NCBI RefSeq assembly: GCF_964355755.1
Contig: NC_092672.1
Coordinates: forward strand, 21,527,237 to 21,591,236
Length of the DNA: 64,000 nucleotides
Direction: 5' to 3'
Source: Antedon mediterranea
Taxonomy: Eukaryota > Animalia > Echinodermata
The notes under the pieces are model-generated. The model ran no database searches, was not told the origin of the DNA, and saw only the letters and a list, made by a program, of their open reading frames with translations. Both the position numbers and the translations under genes were made by a program. Shown in pieces: positions 50,751 to 64,000 of this stretch; within the stretch, counting starts at the first letter, position 1; every line of letters starts with the position of its first letter.

Positions 50751-53700
50751 TTTGTCTTCTTTCTTTCTGTATGATTTTTGTGGATCGCTTTTCTCTAAAA
50801 CTTGCAAACATAAAATTTTGTAACTTTCTCAACATATCGTCATGCACATGTTTCATGATGTTTACAATTGCGCAACGTGACTTACGCGCGATTTAACGAT
50901 TTTGTCGTATTTAACATAGCTCGACAACCAAATAACATTTCAACTTGAAACTTTGCAAAAGTTTAATTTATATTATGCGCTAACTTTCTGTTGAAAAAAA
51001 ATTGCGTGTTTTACACAAAGTTACGCGCGCACGCGCATTTAAAATTTCAAAATGCGCAAAATTAATTTATAATCAACTTTCTACGCGATTCATGTCGTTT
51101 TAAGCATGTCAAAAATTCCCACGCGTGCGCACATTTTTACGTGTGCGGTGCGCACGTAGCATTGAAAACGTATTTTTTTCGCGTGATTTATATTTTTCCA
51201 GCCTTTTCTAGTAATTTTACCAAATTTTAAACAATTTCGACTTAAAGATACGTCATACGAGCACGTCGAATTGGACAATTTGCGCGCGTTTTTTAAGAAA
51301 AGGTTAAAAAATTTGTTTAAAATATGCCTTTTTTTAAACAGTCGTAATTTCTAAACTAGACGGTCAACTTTTTGTGGATGGCATATTCTGGAAGTAGATG
51401 AGTTGTAGATATCGGATCAGGTATTAATATGGCTAACCGGACATTGTGACGTCATCGTATGGCCACGCGAATATAACATTTAGGATTTTTGTATCTTTCG
51501 TCATAGCTCATCACATTGAATAGAGCGCATCTCCACTTATCCGTTTTCCATTTTCACCCAGATTTTGATATTGTCTAGGTCAATCAAGTATCTTTCGCAG
51601 GAGTTAAAAATATTTTAATTTTTTTGACGTCATCATGCCTAAAAATTTAAATCACGTGTGGCATTAATTTCATCTTTACAGTAAATTTTAATCTGTTATA
51701 GCTCAAAAGAATAAAATGTGATAATCACGATTAAAACTTTTTCTGGAAGCTATTGGATTATAGATACGAAATTATGTAAAAATGTTGCCAATCGGATGTT
51801 GTGACGTCATCATATGGCCAGTTATATAGAAAATGTCGTATTTTCATCTTTTGCGTCATAATTCATTACATTTAAAAGAGCGCGCATCAATATTTCACGT
51901 ATTCAAATTTCTTCTACACGCTAATACGTTGTTGCTGAGATAATTTCCTTTCGGAATTGCTACCTTTGCGTTTCATTTTAAAACCGTCAACATGTTAAAA
52001 ATTGCAATAAATAGCGGGTCCCGTAATTTCACCTATTCTACACTGTATGTGATATGGATACAGATTATACTGTGTATACTATATATGAATTTAAATAATA
52101 AAATTCAGCAATAACAACATATCATATTCTTCAGTTCAGGTCATAATGCCAACGTGAACACTTCCTTTTGTCCTCAACCTATCCCCTTAATGTTAATGTT
52201 GCACCACTTGCGCGGCGGATAACCAAACTCGTCAAAGTGACGAGTTACATGTCTAGTCTTTTTATTGTTTCTGTACACTAATTTGTGTAACAATTATCTC
52301 AAAAAGTTTAATGTCAATGATTACCAAAATTTCAGAATATCTTTAAAATAATATAACTTAATCCTAATCAGCTTTCCAGCGTGATCACTCATCCGTGACG
52401 TCATTTATACGCCATTTTGTGAAATCACATTATCAATCATATCTCCATAATTCATTATGACATATTAATGAAATTCACTACAGGTAAACTTCAGGTCAAG
52501 GGTAAAAATATTAGCAAATAAAAAGTTGCGCGTTTCAAGGTCATGCACGTGAAATCGCGCGTTAAAAATTTAAAACGCGCAAAATTAGGTTTTGATTAAT
52601 TTAGAGCATGAATTAGGCCATTTGCGCGTTTCAAAAAATTACTGCGCAAAAATGCGTTTTTGTGCGCACGATTCTTAAAATGCGGAAAAAATAAAATTTG
52701 ATGTATAAATCACATTCTACTCACAATCCTTAGTACATTCACCAATTTTGAGTCCATTCCGACCTAAAATAACGCTATACGAGCACGTTAAAAATGACAA
52801 AATGCGCACACTAATTGTACAAAAGTGCTAAAAATGGTAAAAAATAAGGACTTTTTAAAATGAATATAACTCTTCAGAATGGCAGATGACCCCCAATTTT
52901 TTTAACTTATTATGGAAGCCAATAAGTTGTAGATACAAATGTATATACACATTAGACGTACAAAATGGTATGACGTCATCAAATGGCCACTTGAATTTAA
53001 AAATTAGGAATTTTTATCTTTTTGTGTGGGTTATCACATTCAATTCCGTTATTTGAGCCCGATTTTTGCACAACTTTTAGTATGTGCTTGCTCAATTAAT
53101 TATTCTTCTAATGAGTTGTCAAAATTTTTATTTTGATGACGTCATCACGCGTAAAAACTTGAATAACCTAGGTCGTGTAATTTCAGCTACACCATACATT
53201 TGAATATCTTATAGCTCTTCAGAATTAAAGGTGACCTTGAAGATTATAACTTATTATGAAATCTGATGAAATGTAGATATGAATTCATATTAAAATTAAG
53301 CCTATCGGATGTTGTGATGTTATCATATGGCCAGTTGAAGTTAAAAAGTAGTTTTTAAATTTCTTTAGTCAAAGTTATACAAATTTCAAAGACCGCGCAT
53401 TGCGCTTCTACGTGTCAAATTTTCTTCCAATCCTTATATTTATTTGCTCAATTCATTATCTTTCGAAATCGTCATCTTCGAGTTTATTATTATTATACAG
53501 TATATACTGTACATATTGTATGACACATAATAGGTAGAACTCAGCACTATTAAGTGTATATGCATCATGTCATAGGATGGCGTACATCAACTTTTAACGA
53601 TCGTATGTTAACGTACATGCATGTTTAAAAAATGTTTATTTTATTAAAATGATAAAAAATGATCACCTATAATTCGTCAAAGTGACGAATTAAATTCTAG

Positions 53701-55510
53701 TTTTCATTTTGTTTGTCATTTCTGTCAGGGTCTGTTTAATGAATAGGAAAAAATATACTATTTAGTGACATGATTTATATATTTATACTTTTATTGTACA
53801 TGAATGTTATTAAAGTGAAATGAGGTTGATTATTTTTTTTAACATTATGTACAAAATTGAACTATGGTGAAATTCATGCTGTACATGAATGTTATTATAA
53901 AAAAATGTTACACCTTTGTACCAGTAACTTCCATAATGAATGAAGGAATGTTGAATACTTTGATTTGGATGAGGGTGGGGCTACTGATATTTTTTACCTA
54001 CTGTTAATAGGTTACTTAATATTATTTTATTTTTATTTTAATTTATATATCAACTGACAGATATGAAAACCTCCACTAAAAAGTTGATAAACATGAAACA
54101 GTAACATCTTTATCTCATTGAAACATTAAACAACGGAAGCAGGTTAATAATACTGCAGTGTAATTCTTTAATATAATAAACAGTATGAATATTATTATTA
54201 TAAAGTGTTGTACATTAAACAAGCATTGCGGATTGTTTGTATATTAGAAATATGCACAAAATTAAATTATGACAAAGTGCCAGTGTAACTTGGTAGCAAC
54301 AGTTTCTACTAGGCCGACATTACAATTCCTTAATCTAATAAAACAGTGCATGAATCTTATATGAATTGATGCACATTACATAGGAGGTGGAAGATGGGTA
54401 GGGTTAATTTAAATAAGCACAATGGTGGTACTTACCTGACTGAACATTGAATACTGATTGTTGAATGTGTCTCTCCTGGCGGAGGGAAACAACAATTTAC
54501 AAAAGAATGCCATAACATGTGGAGTAGCGTGATTGTTGTTAACCTAGTTGTGTGTGTATGTTATTATAAAATTTATTTTATCAAAATATTAAAACCACTT
54601 TAAAAATGAAATAAAAAATTTTTACATAGAACTACACGTAATACACAAAACAGTGATATTTATTAGGTCATCCTTTCACCCACTAACAAGTTTTACAATA
54701 ACAAATCTTTTTTCTCATACTCTCTCTCTCTCTCTCTGGAAATGCGACTTATCTCTAACTTTCCATACGGAAAGTCTTACGATTAAAAAATTGATGGCCG
54801 GATGGGCACCGACTGATAATTTTAAAAATGAAAATTTGTTTAAGATTAAAATTTCCATTTCCATCTGATAATTAAGACACTGTCTAAAGGTTAAAACATT
54901 GAAGTATAGATAAGTAAACAAAGATTTTGGTTAAGTTTAATTTAGTAGTAAAACCATTATTTATCCAACGAGAGTTGGCGGACAAACAAACAACTCGAAT
55001 CCTAGATTTCCAACTTTCAGAACATAACAAATATTCTAGTGGTTAAACTATTGTTATGTTAGTGGTAATGTATTACATTATTGTTAATGCTATATTAGTG
55101 GTTAATTTTTGTTATAAATGTGTCATTATAACAGAACAAATACCCAGAGATACATTATTATAGCATTTATGTTATAACAGTTCAGTTTATAGTCCTATTT
55201 TGATATTTGTATCTTTTTTGTTTTCATTAATTCTAAAAGCAAGTAATATATTTTAAAATACAAATTGCATAGTTGTAAAATAAATGTTTCAAACGTAAAC
55301 ATGCAGTTGAAAATAAAAAAAAAGGCAAATTACTAAAAATAATGACAATGCTGTGGGTGGCTGGATCTCAATGGAAAAAAAATTAGCAAAAAGCTAAATC
55401 AAAACGATAAAGTAAAAGTTAAAACAGCCAGACATTTTAATATAGATATCTTCTTTATTGTTTGTGTATAAATGGACATTTATGTATATTTTGTTAATAT
55501 TTTTTAATTA

Positions 55511-57329
55511 TATCGTCACACGAACCGGCGAATCCGCAAAATGTCCATTTCGAGAAAATCGCGATTGTAAAAAAGGCACTTTTTGCACGGTCATTTCTCG
55601 CAAGAAAATAAGCGAATGTCCATTATTTTTGTGGTTAATTATGTAAAAATATATCAAATGAATAATTTTAAAGTGTCCATAAAAAAATATACTCATTAAT
55701 TAAAGAGTAATCACTTAATTAATACATTCGTCACTTCGTGTGAAGATTATTTACCGCGTATCGCGTAACTAATCGATATTCGACGCATATTCGTCACTTC
55801 GCGTGTGAACAAGGATCTTACGCAATGACTATGAAATATGCGGTATTCGCCATGATTGCGTGGTAATGAATAGGCAGTTCCACCTAAACATCTTAGATAG
55901 GGCCCTCACGATAATAATATAAAGTAAACAAATTATTCTGTTAAAAATGCAAAAGAATAATCACAAATCAGTTGCAAAATATAATTTATAGTAGCCTAAC
56001 TGATGCACAAACATCATTTTAGCTATTTTAAATAATGCAAACACGTAAACATGGTTCATTGAATTAAATTTAATTATTAATTTATACATTATTTTGATCT
56101 CTACATAAGGCAAGGCAATGTTAGATAGTTAGAATAAACGTTTTTAATTCAATATTCCCTTAGTAGGCCCTACGGGAACAGTTAAAAAATAATGTTGACA
56201 GTCCATTGTACAATACGGCCTTTTCAGCATATTAGGCCTACAATCATTTAGCCATTCATGACCAATATAGTATTTATTAAATAACATTAAATGTGTTATC
56301 TGCCTTTTCTAATACAGTATCCATATTAAAAGGCTAATTTAAATTATTTACTAATTTTATGTGATAATGTATAGCAATGTGGTCTTATTGTAGGGCATAT
56401 CACAGGATACTGTGCAGGCTACCCTATATAGTATACGATAGTATTTAGTATAGCCATGCCCCCAAAGATAGTTGGTGACGCACTGATTATAATAACTATA
56501 CTGTAACTATCTAATTCAAAAAGCAAAAACAAAAAAATATAAATACTCTAACATCAAAATGTATGAATTGTTTAATAAAAATGTGTATACAGAAATGAAA
56601 GTTATTATCCTTAGTAGCATTATCCATTAACAATAAAGGTGAAATTTGATGTTTCTTTTTAATAATCAGGTTATTTATTCTCTAAAAAATTAAATATTTC
56701 AAAATAATTATGACTATAACATTGATGTAGGCCTAATCGTTACCGTACCGTTTTGTGTATGTGTTGTCAGTACCATAATTTAATTTAATGTTTTTGCTAG
56801 TGCTCGAGTGAACGTACGAAAGAACAAACATGGAAACGTTGCATTACATTTCCTGAAATGTATTTATATAATTAGATTACTAAATAATTTATCAATAACC
56901 ACAAAAATCAGTTTTTACTGGTTAAAATACTGTTCAATATTCTATAATCTATGCTCAATCTAACTTCGCGGGACTGAAAATTTTCCATAAAATAATGGAA
57001 TGTTCCAGATATATGCAATAAACCAATCAGATCACAGGCAATTAGTGACGAATTGCATATTCGCCGTTTATTAAGGTGCGTAAACAGTGTGCGCGATGCG
57101 CGTTTTACTCACACGAAGTGACGAATCGATATTCGACGCATCGTGGGACGAATGATTATAATATCACAATATATTCGCCAAATTATAATTAAAATAATTA
57201 ATTAATAAAATAAGATACGCAGTTGATATTTGCATCAATTGTTCTTTAGAATAAATACTTTCGAAATATACAAAAAAAAATTTCGCGCCAAAAATGACGA
57301 TTCGCCGGTTCGTGTGACGAGTGACGATA
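55511..57329. mobile_element. Non-autonomous TIR DNA transposon, superfamily unclear
   Basis: TATCGTCACACGAACCGGCGAAT ... ATTCGCCGGTTCGTGTGACGAGTGACGATA. Subterminal ATTCGTCAC/GTGACGAAT motifs at ~55726, ~55789, ~57045 and ~57118. Confidence 0.8.
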
Positions 57330-59452
57330 TGTCAGTCACATATTTTCCATCTTCATGTTTGGTGTAGGACATTAAAACTGCATTCATTGTCATGTTTTCT
57401 GAGCTTTCAAAGCCTGTTCTTTAATATCAGTTCAAATATTCTAGCACTCTAATATTGTTCAATGTTTTTAATGTCTTGATTTGTGGTGAAAGGAATGGAT
57501 GGCAGATCCAGAGGGAGAAAGTAAAGTACTTTCAATTCATTAATTAAAACACATTGTTTCAGCGCCGTGCTAATTAGTCTTTATTAGAGGTTGCCATTGC
57601 TGTTGCTGTCGTCACACAAAATTATTGTTATGGGTGTTTTGCTAAGTGGTATGACACATGTTCTTTTGCTGCGTAGCTAGATAATTCTGAAGAATATTAT
57701 CAGCCTAGACAAAGAGCGCACAGGAGAAATATTTGAATACTCATTTACCCAAGCGATTCCTATACTGTAATTTGAAAACAGTCCTGATAGTCTCTCCAAA
57801 ACATTGGAGAGTTTGTGTGTTTGAAAACTACTGAAAAGATGTTCAATTGCATTTTTTGATTACTAAACCCTGCAAAAAGTGCATCAGTAGAGCGAGAACA
57901 TTTAGCTCTGGAGACTGTAAAAAATTATCTTTGAGGTACCATAATGGAAGATCGCTTAAATGCATTGTTATTGATGTTTGTTCATCAGGACAACTTTATT
58001 ACGATGTCATTATTCTTAAGTATGTGAATATGTATCCCCGCTGGATGAAGTATGTAGGCCTATTTTTATTTATTAAATTTACAGCATTGTTATTACATGT
58101 TATTGTTAAGATAATAAAATTAATAAGCAGTATAGAGATTCAGCCACTGATTACCACAGCATTGTCATTTTTTAGTAATTTTCCTTTTGACCTTTTTTTA
58201 AATAAGATATAGGCCTATAGCCCTAAAATCCTAAAACACGCTCTTTCACTATGTATATTATTTAACATAACTAGGGCAATATGATAAATTTGAAGTCGTG
58301 TCATTTTTTTAAAGTAGTTAATAGGCAGCTTTCGAAACACACGACGCAGCGATTATCGAGATAAAAAAGACTGAAATCCTACTGCGCATGCGAGAGCAAA
58401 GCCAGTTTGTTCGGCCTTCTCATCATGAGATGGGATTCGGCTGATTTGGCATATGCCTGGAAGACATGACTTGTACTACTGATTGTATTTTATTTAGAAA
58501 GATATTTAAGAACTGTTGTGTGATGACAATGTGTTAAATTAGGCCTATAGACCCTAGTAGGGAAATGCGATCATCATCATGAATCATGGTGATAAGGATG
58601 GCGATGGCAGGTGCTTTAGTATTAGCGATCATGTGACAATGACCTGATCGCGTTCTTATAAAATTGAAACAGTTTATAATTCGTGATGCGAAAGGCATGC
58701 AACGGTATCCATGGTTGACTGACTTCCGCGTCTCGCATCGCCACTTTGAAAGCTCACTGTTATTGCCATACCGGAAGTACCTTTATCAGGGAATTCCCCC
58801 TGATGGTCACATTGAACGTGTGTTTACCAGCGGAATAAGTAGACTACGATCTTTTTACCAATTTTTAACACGCTATGGGAGTGTCATTTCCGACCAACTA
58901 TAGGTGCCATTTATCATAAATTTACCATTTCCCAACCGTCTAGGGGTGTCATTTAACAAAATTTGCTTCACCACAGGTCCCACCTGTGCCTCATGTACTT
59001 GGTGACTGGTTGCGTCCCCTCTCCCCTTTACTAGAAGGCTGGATCCGCCCTTGTTTATGATGAGCAACAATGCCTGTTTTCTGTGTGGTGTAATTAAAAA
59101 GAAGTAAATATGATTGCAACTTCATTCTCCTTGTACCTCCTTGTACACACCTTGAAATTGAATTGCATAAATGAATAATTAAATATCAAAATGAATAATA
59201 TTAAACATAATGTTAGTCCATCATGTACTTCATATTTCATATCATAAAACGCTACCAGGCACTAATAATAGAATTAGAAGCCAGGCATATACAGTAGGCA
59301 CATTGGTGGGCTGGTTTGTCCTGAATTCAACTTTTTATAGTAGCCTAAGGTGCCCCAAATACAACATTTGGCAAAATTCTGCCAGGAAGACTTTTTTTTT
59401 CAGTAGTTAGGTAGTTTAACCTAATGTAATAACATGTCTGGTGACTCCCTAC

Positions 59453-59862
59453 TTTATTTATTTATTATTTATTTCCTTTATTGCATCAAGTAAACAGTGA
59501 TGAAGTTGACATAAATATAATAGTAAATATGTAAACACATACTGTAGTATAACACAAACCAATAGGGGTTCACCATTTGCTTTTCATAACTCAGTTACTG
59601 ATCATTCACCAATCATTGAAAACTCTGTGGAAAGTAATGAAGTTTTTTGTGCGTTGTGTCCGGACTTTGGGAAGGGTGAACGATCTAACGCGTCGGAGCT
59701 GATGGTTGTGTGTGGGAGGTTTAGGTAAGAGAAAGTGTAATATATGATCTTCTTTTTTCATTTTATCAAAGAATTTTCTTGACAACTTCTCGCGGCGTTC
59801 AGATAGAGTGATGATGTTAAGGTATCTGCGGGTATCAGCATACGAGGTACCATCGGGGCATA
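59453..59862 (-). mobile_element. 5'-truncated LINE 3' end, same family as 41898-42506
   Basis: PDGTSYADTRRYLNIITLSERREKLSRKFF is identical to the 41898 copy, with a shared 3' UTR and an A-rich tail. Confidence 0.9.
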
Positions 59863-60731
59863 TTATGAAAAAAGATGGTGGATATAAAGGTGGATAACTT
59901 TTGCTATAATAGTATGAAAATATAAATCTGAAGTTGAATAAAAATACCAGAAATGTAAAATTCAAGTTATATTACCTATATTTAGTCATCTGATAACATT
60001 TTTTACAACACTGTTTATTTTTCATAGCTTTTTAAAATGCCTCTCTATTTACAAAATTTGTGTACACAAGAATAGAGATTTTACTGTGTAATTTGAACTA
60101 CTGATAATAAAATGCTTATTTTCAACAAGCTTGTGTAACACAAATGAAATCCCAAAAATTATGAAACATAGGGAAAACTATAGATCAATAATTATTGGAA
60201 TGTATGATCAATAGAAATTTTTGGCCCGCACCTGGCCTTTAAATTGGGTGTGCGGCCAAATATTATTTGAAAGGTATTAAAACCCATTTCTAGACTGGTA
60301 TTTTGTGTGGATATCATAGATGAAACTACCCCTACAGCATCGCAAAGCAGAATTTTAATAGTTCTGAAGACTTTTTTTATAATTAGGATTTTATATCAAA
60401 ATCATATATCACAGTTTAAACTTTTTAATCAAAAATACTATGTAGAAATGTTGTCATCAGTGAATTAACTATAGCAATACTGTGCAACTCCTTTTCATAA
60501 CTGTCTCAGTTGTGGGTTCACTTCCAGGATTCAACATTTTTTTGAATTACTACTTTTCTGAAATATGGTGAGGGACCTAAATGATGTATCTCTACAAAAC
60601 ATTAAAGACCCCCACCCTGCATCGAGTAACTCTTTTAGAACAATTCTGTCCTTAACATTTTATAGCATGCAAATACAGGTTCCTGGCAAAGAAGCATAAA
60701 AGTGGACGTACAGTAGTTGTGCAAACATTTG

Positions 60732-61153
60732 GGAGGTTTCGGATACGTCACACAAACTTATTCGTTTTCGTAAGCCAGTACAAATCTGTTTCGCATGGCA
60801 AAGAAATATTGAGAGCGCCATCCAAAATATGACTGCTGTAAATTTGAATGAAGCGCAGGTACATGTTGCAATGATTGCCTATAGGCCTAGTGTTGCGAGA
60901 GAGGACTTTAAAAACTGCTATTTATCAAAATTGACTTGGCATTTTTACTAATTTACTTTCAATAAATTATCTATATTTCTATTATAATCATGAATCAATT
61001 TTTTATTCAATGCAAAGTGTGCAAAATAGAAAAAAAACTATGACTGGTGATTTTCTTCAACACAAATACGCTTTACGAATATCGGCTCAAAAGTTTAACA
61101 AATGTATGACCTATCCGTTTCCATTATCGTATTCGTAAGGTAGCGAAACCTCC
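60732..61153. mobile_element. Possible MITE (PIF/Harbinger-like termini)
   Basis: GGAGGTTTCG ... CGAAACCTCC 10-bp terminal inverted match; no clean TSD. Confidence 0.4.
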
Positions 61154-64000
61154 ATATTATTGGTGCCATCATATATCAACATCTTTATAGGTTATGTAGA
61201 ATCTGTAGCAAAGCTAGCATCGATATGACTTTACTCCAATACTATAAAATGAAAATAGAGAATATTTAATAATCTTAATGAATCACAGGATCAAGTGTAA
61301 AATTGTATTCAGAGATTTATGGAAAGTTATGGTTTCAATTAATGTTTACCCAATTTGTAATAATAACGCTAAACCAAATAGGGTGAAGTTTGAAGAACTT
61401 AGTGGTTAAGTCATTTTTCAACTGTTATACTTATAGTCTAATTGATACTAGATTGTACCATGTCACAATGTTAGCAAACTCCCTGTTTCGTAGCAATACT
61501 ACAGTTTTTTCATGAATATTTTCTGATTGTTGTAATACCAACATAAACATGGTCGATTTATCTAAAACAGATCAATGAAAAATTAAAATAGAGATCTAAA
61601 ACAGCAGATGATCACATTTGTTGATTTTAAATTGTCTGCTTTATGGCATATTTAACTGTCTACTGACTGCATATCTAAACATTGATGATTGGTAGAATTC
61701 AAATTATTTTGCACTCAGATCTTTAAATCACTGGCGCTTTACTTGTACATATACTTTACAGTGGAAACAGGATGCTAATTAGTTATTATCTCTAAAATAC
61801 TTTGACAACAAATAGTGTATATATATGAAGAGAGAAGCTTGAATGCCACTATTATTCCAAAATAGGGATAGCTGGCTACTGTGTAGTGTTCATATGACAT
61901 GTTCAATTTTGAAATTCACTAGTAATAAAACCTTAGTTTATGTCTATAATAGCATTACTCCTAATACAGCATATTAAAGTTTAAAATTAAAATGTTTAAA
62001 TTTGAGAATTTTAATTTTCAATCTATTTCATGTTTTCAAGAATCTCATGAGCATGACAAGTTGACAATATGAATTGCATTACATTAGATTCAAAATAAAT
62101 CGTCATTAGCAAGTAAGGAGAAAAGAAGGACTTGCCCTCATTTTAAAATTAGTTTGTCATAACATGTTTATATATACAGCCATGAAAAATAGGAATACCA
62201 ATACCAAAAATATAGAAAGATGGGATTTATAATTTAATGAATAGAGCACTCAAACAGACAGAGGAAACATTTTTGTTTTTGGTTATGCATTTTGTTTACC
62301 GTCAATACCCACATTCTGGATTTCTATAGTACATTTATCTTTCCAGTTCATATTTTATACATACAAATTGAGAACCACCAATTCATCACCATTTCCACTT
62401 ACATTAAAGCAATAATTTGTATAGTATGTTTTTATGGTGAACTATTATAATTTTATTTAAAGCAATTTCAGATAAAAGCTATGCATAGAAATCTTTTGAA
62501 TTGCAATAAATAAACACATGACCTTTTTGTACGACATTTAAAAAAGGCATTATAGTGAACAAAAACTATGATGCCAAGTTGGTGCTCGAGGCAGAAATGT
62601 GTTTAAGGATTGTTGTATTTTTTGAAAAATCAGTAGATCAAAAATATTTAAAAAACAATAATTAAAATGAAGTTGCAACAATTTGAATATCATTTATTAG
62701 TAGGAATGTACAAAAGCCCTAAACTCATACTTACAGTGAGAGCTCACACATTTCATTTTACATACACATGCACTTGAAAATGAAAGTTACACAATGATGA
62801 CACATTATCTTCAAAACAAATGTAAATGTACTTTACATTAATTGTTTCTCCACTTAACTGTTTTCATAGTCACATTATTATCATTTATATGGGACTGTTT
62901 TGTACTACAATAATTTATGCTGTTATCAAAATGACTTTATACTATACTGCATTTACATTGATCTTCTGTTCTGGTGAAGTAGACCCTATCATAGAGGCTT
63001 ACACTATGTATATCAAGGTCTACTCACCCTAATTTGGCCAACATTTTCGGCCGCTATAAATGTATTGGCCACGAAACATTAATTACATTACTCAAAATTT
63101 GCGCCACCTTAATTCTGTAGTATTTGTCCATAGTATTTCAAGAACGAATTCTGCTCATTATAATATTTTTAATTCATTTCCACGTCTGTTCATAACTTGC
63201 CTCCAAATGTTAAAGATAGTCTAGTTAGTTTTAGATAGTTTTCCCTTTCTTCATTTATATATTCACTTAAGAAAAACTTGCCTCAAATACCTGTCTGAAC
63301 TCAATGAAATGTGAAATGTTATTTTAAACTGTTTTTCTGTATTTACGTTTATTTAATTTTTACACTTTAGGGGTGTCATACTTTATTTCATCGTTCACAC
63401 CAACATTGATTGAATGTAATGTTTAAATATTATCTACTCAACAAAAATATATTCCATTTGTATAATGTATAGTAATAAATTAATAAACCTTACATTATTC
63501 TTTCTTTGCGCATCTAAATACCTTATAAAGTATGAATACACATGTGGTTGATAACCACAATAAAATAAAATATAGATAAATTGGCCAGACATGACATACA
63601 TGTTCTTTTAATTCTAATTGGTTTACATACTGGCCCACATCTTTCTGTTTCACTACATCATACTGGTCCTGCCAGTTGAATCTATTTCTACAGAGCAATC
63701 TCACTATTTAAACAAATTCCGAAACTTATTTAAAAGGTGAGATTCTATGGTGTTTTCTGTCTGCAAATAACTTTCTGAATTCCAATAATTCAGACAACAA
63801 TGAATAAAAATAAACAAGAAATAATTTTTACTGTAAAAAAAGACTTTCTGAGATAACAGTTTTAATTATTGTTCTTTCTTCATAAAATGATAATTTCTAA
63901 ATTGATATTCTTTTTAATAATTTAAGAAATAAAGATTTTTTATCAATTATTTTTGTTTAAAAATCAGTAGTAAACATTTTGTGTAACATATAAATGTAGT

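Larger units (their letters stand above)
45942..52256 (+). mobile_element. Nested HINE-like element (subfamily B, level 1)
   Basis: Head TTGGTTATCCGC at 45942. Headless body 50751-52256 ends GCGGATAACCAA + stem-loop + CTAG. Confidence 0.8.
45862..53700 (+). mobile_element. Outermost HINE-like element (subfamily A), split by nested insertions
   Basis: Head TAGGTGATCATTT..AAATGATCACCTA (45863-45894). Body 52257-53700 ends AATGATCACCTA + AATTCGTCAaagTGACGAATT + CTAG. Confidence 0.85.

Noticed and set aside
46125-52256. Simple 1.5-kb tandem satellite or rolling-circle concatemer
   Set aside because: Three heads are stacked upstream and several bodies lack heads, which nesting explains and head-to-tail repetition does not.
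57843-57965. Minus-strand MHLSDLPLWYLKDNFLQ... as an F-box-like peptide
   Set aside because: Only 40 codons with a weak LxDLP resemblance and no splice support.
61165-61230. Possible fourth ankyrin exon (GYVESVAKL)
   Set aside because: It lacks the TPLH/AA motif, hits a stop codon and has no 99-nt AG/GT frame.

Overview
AT-rich eukaryotic (metazoan, probably invertebrate) DNA that is mostly intronic and repeat-dense; there is no prokaryotic operon or CRISPR content. The only host coding sequence I can support is three 99-nt, phase-0 ankyrin-repeat exons on the + strand (2100-2198, 6624-6722, 24701-24799), which the ORF track misses. The middle exon has TTAAGT where GTAAGT is expected. Mobile elements make up most of the rest: a near-intact APE-RT LINE ORF2 with two nonsense codons, older LINE relics, a Helitron PIF1-helicase 3' fragment and Helitron termini, two TTAA/Kolobok-like elements, an Academ-like foldback element with 160-bp repeats in its arms, a Crypton-like hairpin element, tRNA-derived elements and several Helentron-associated (HINE-like) elements. 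Several kb-scale blocks are duplicated inside the window and give empty-site controls. The most striking structure is at 45862-53700. It looks like a 1.5-kb tandem array but parses as five HINE-like elements of three subfamilies nested inside one another, with 5' heads and 3' tails pairing like balanced parentheses. All calls were made by eye; boundaries given as approximate may be off by tens of bases, and superfamily names are inferred from structure.
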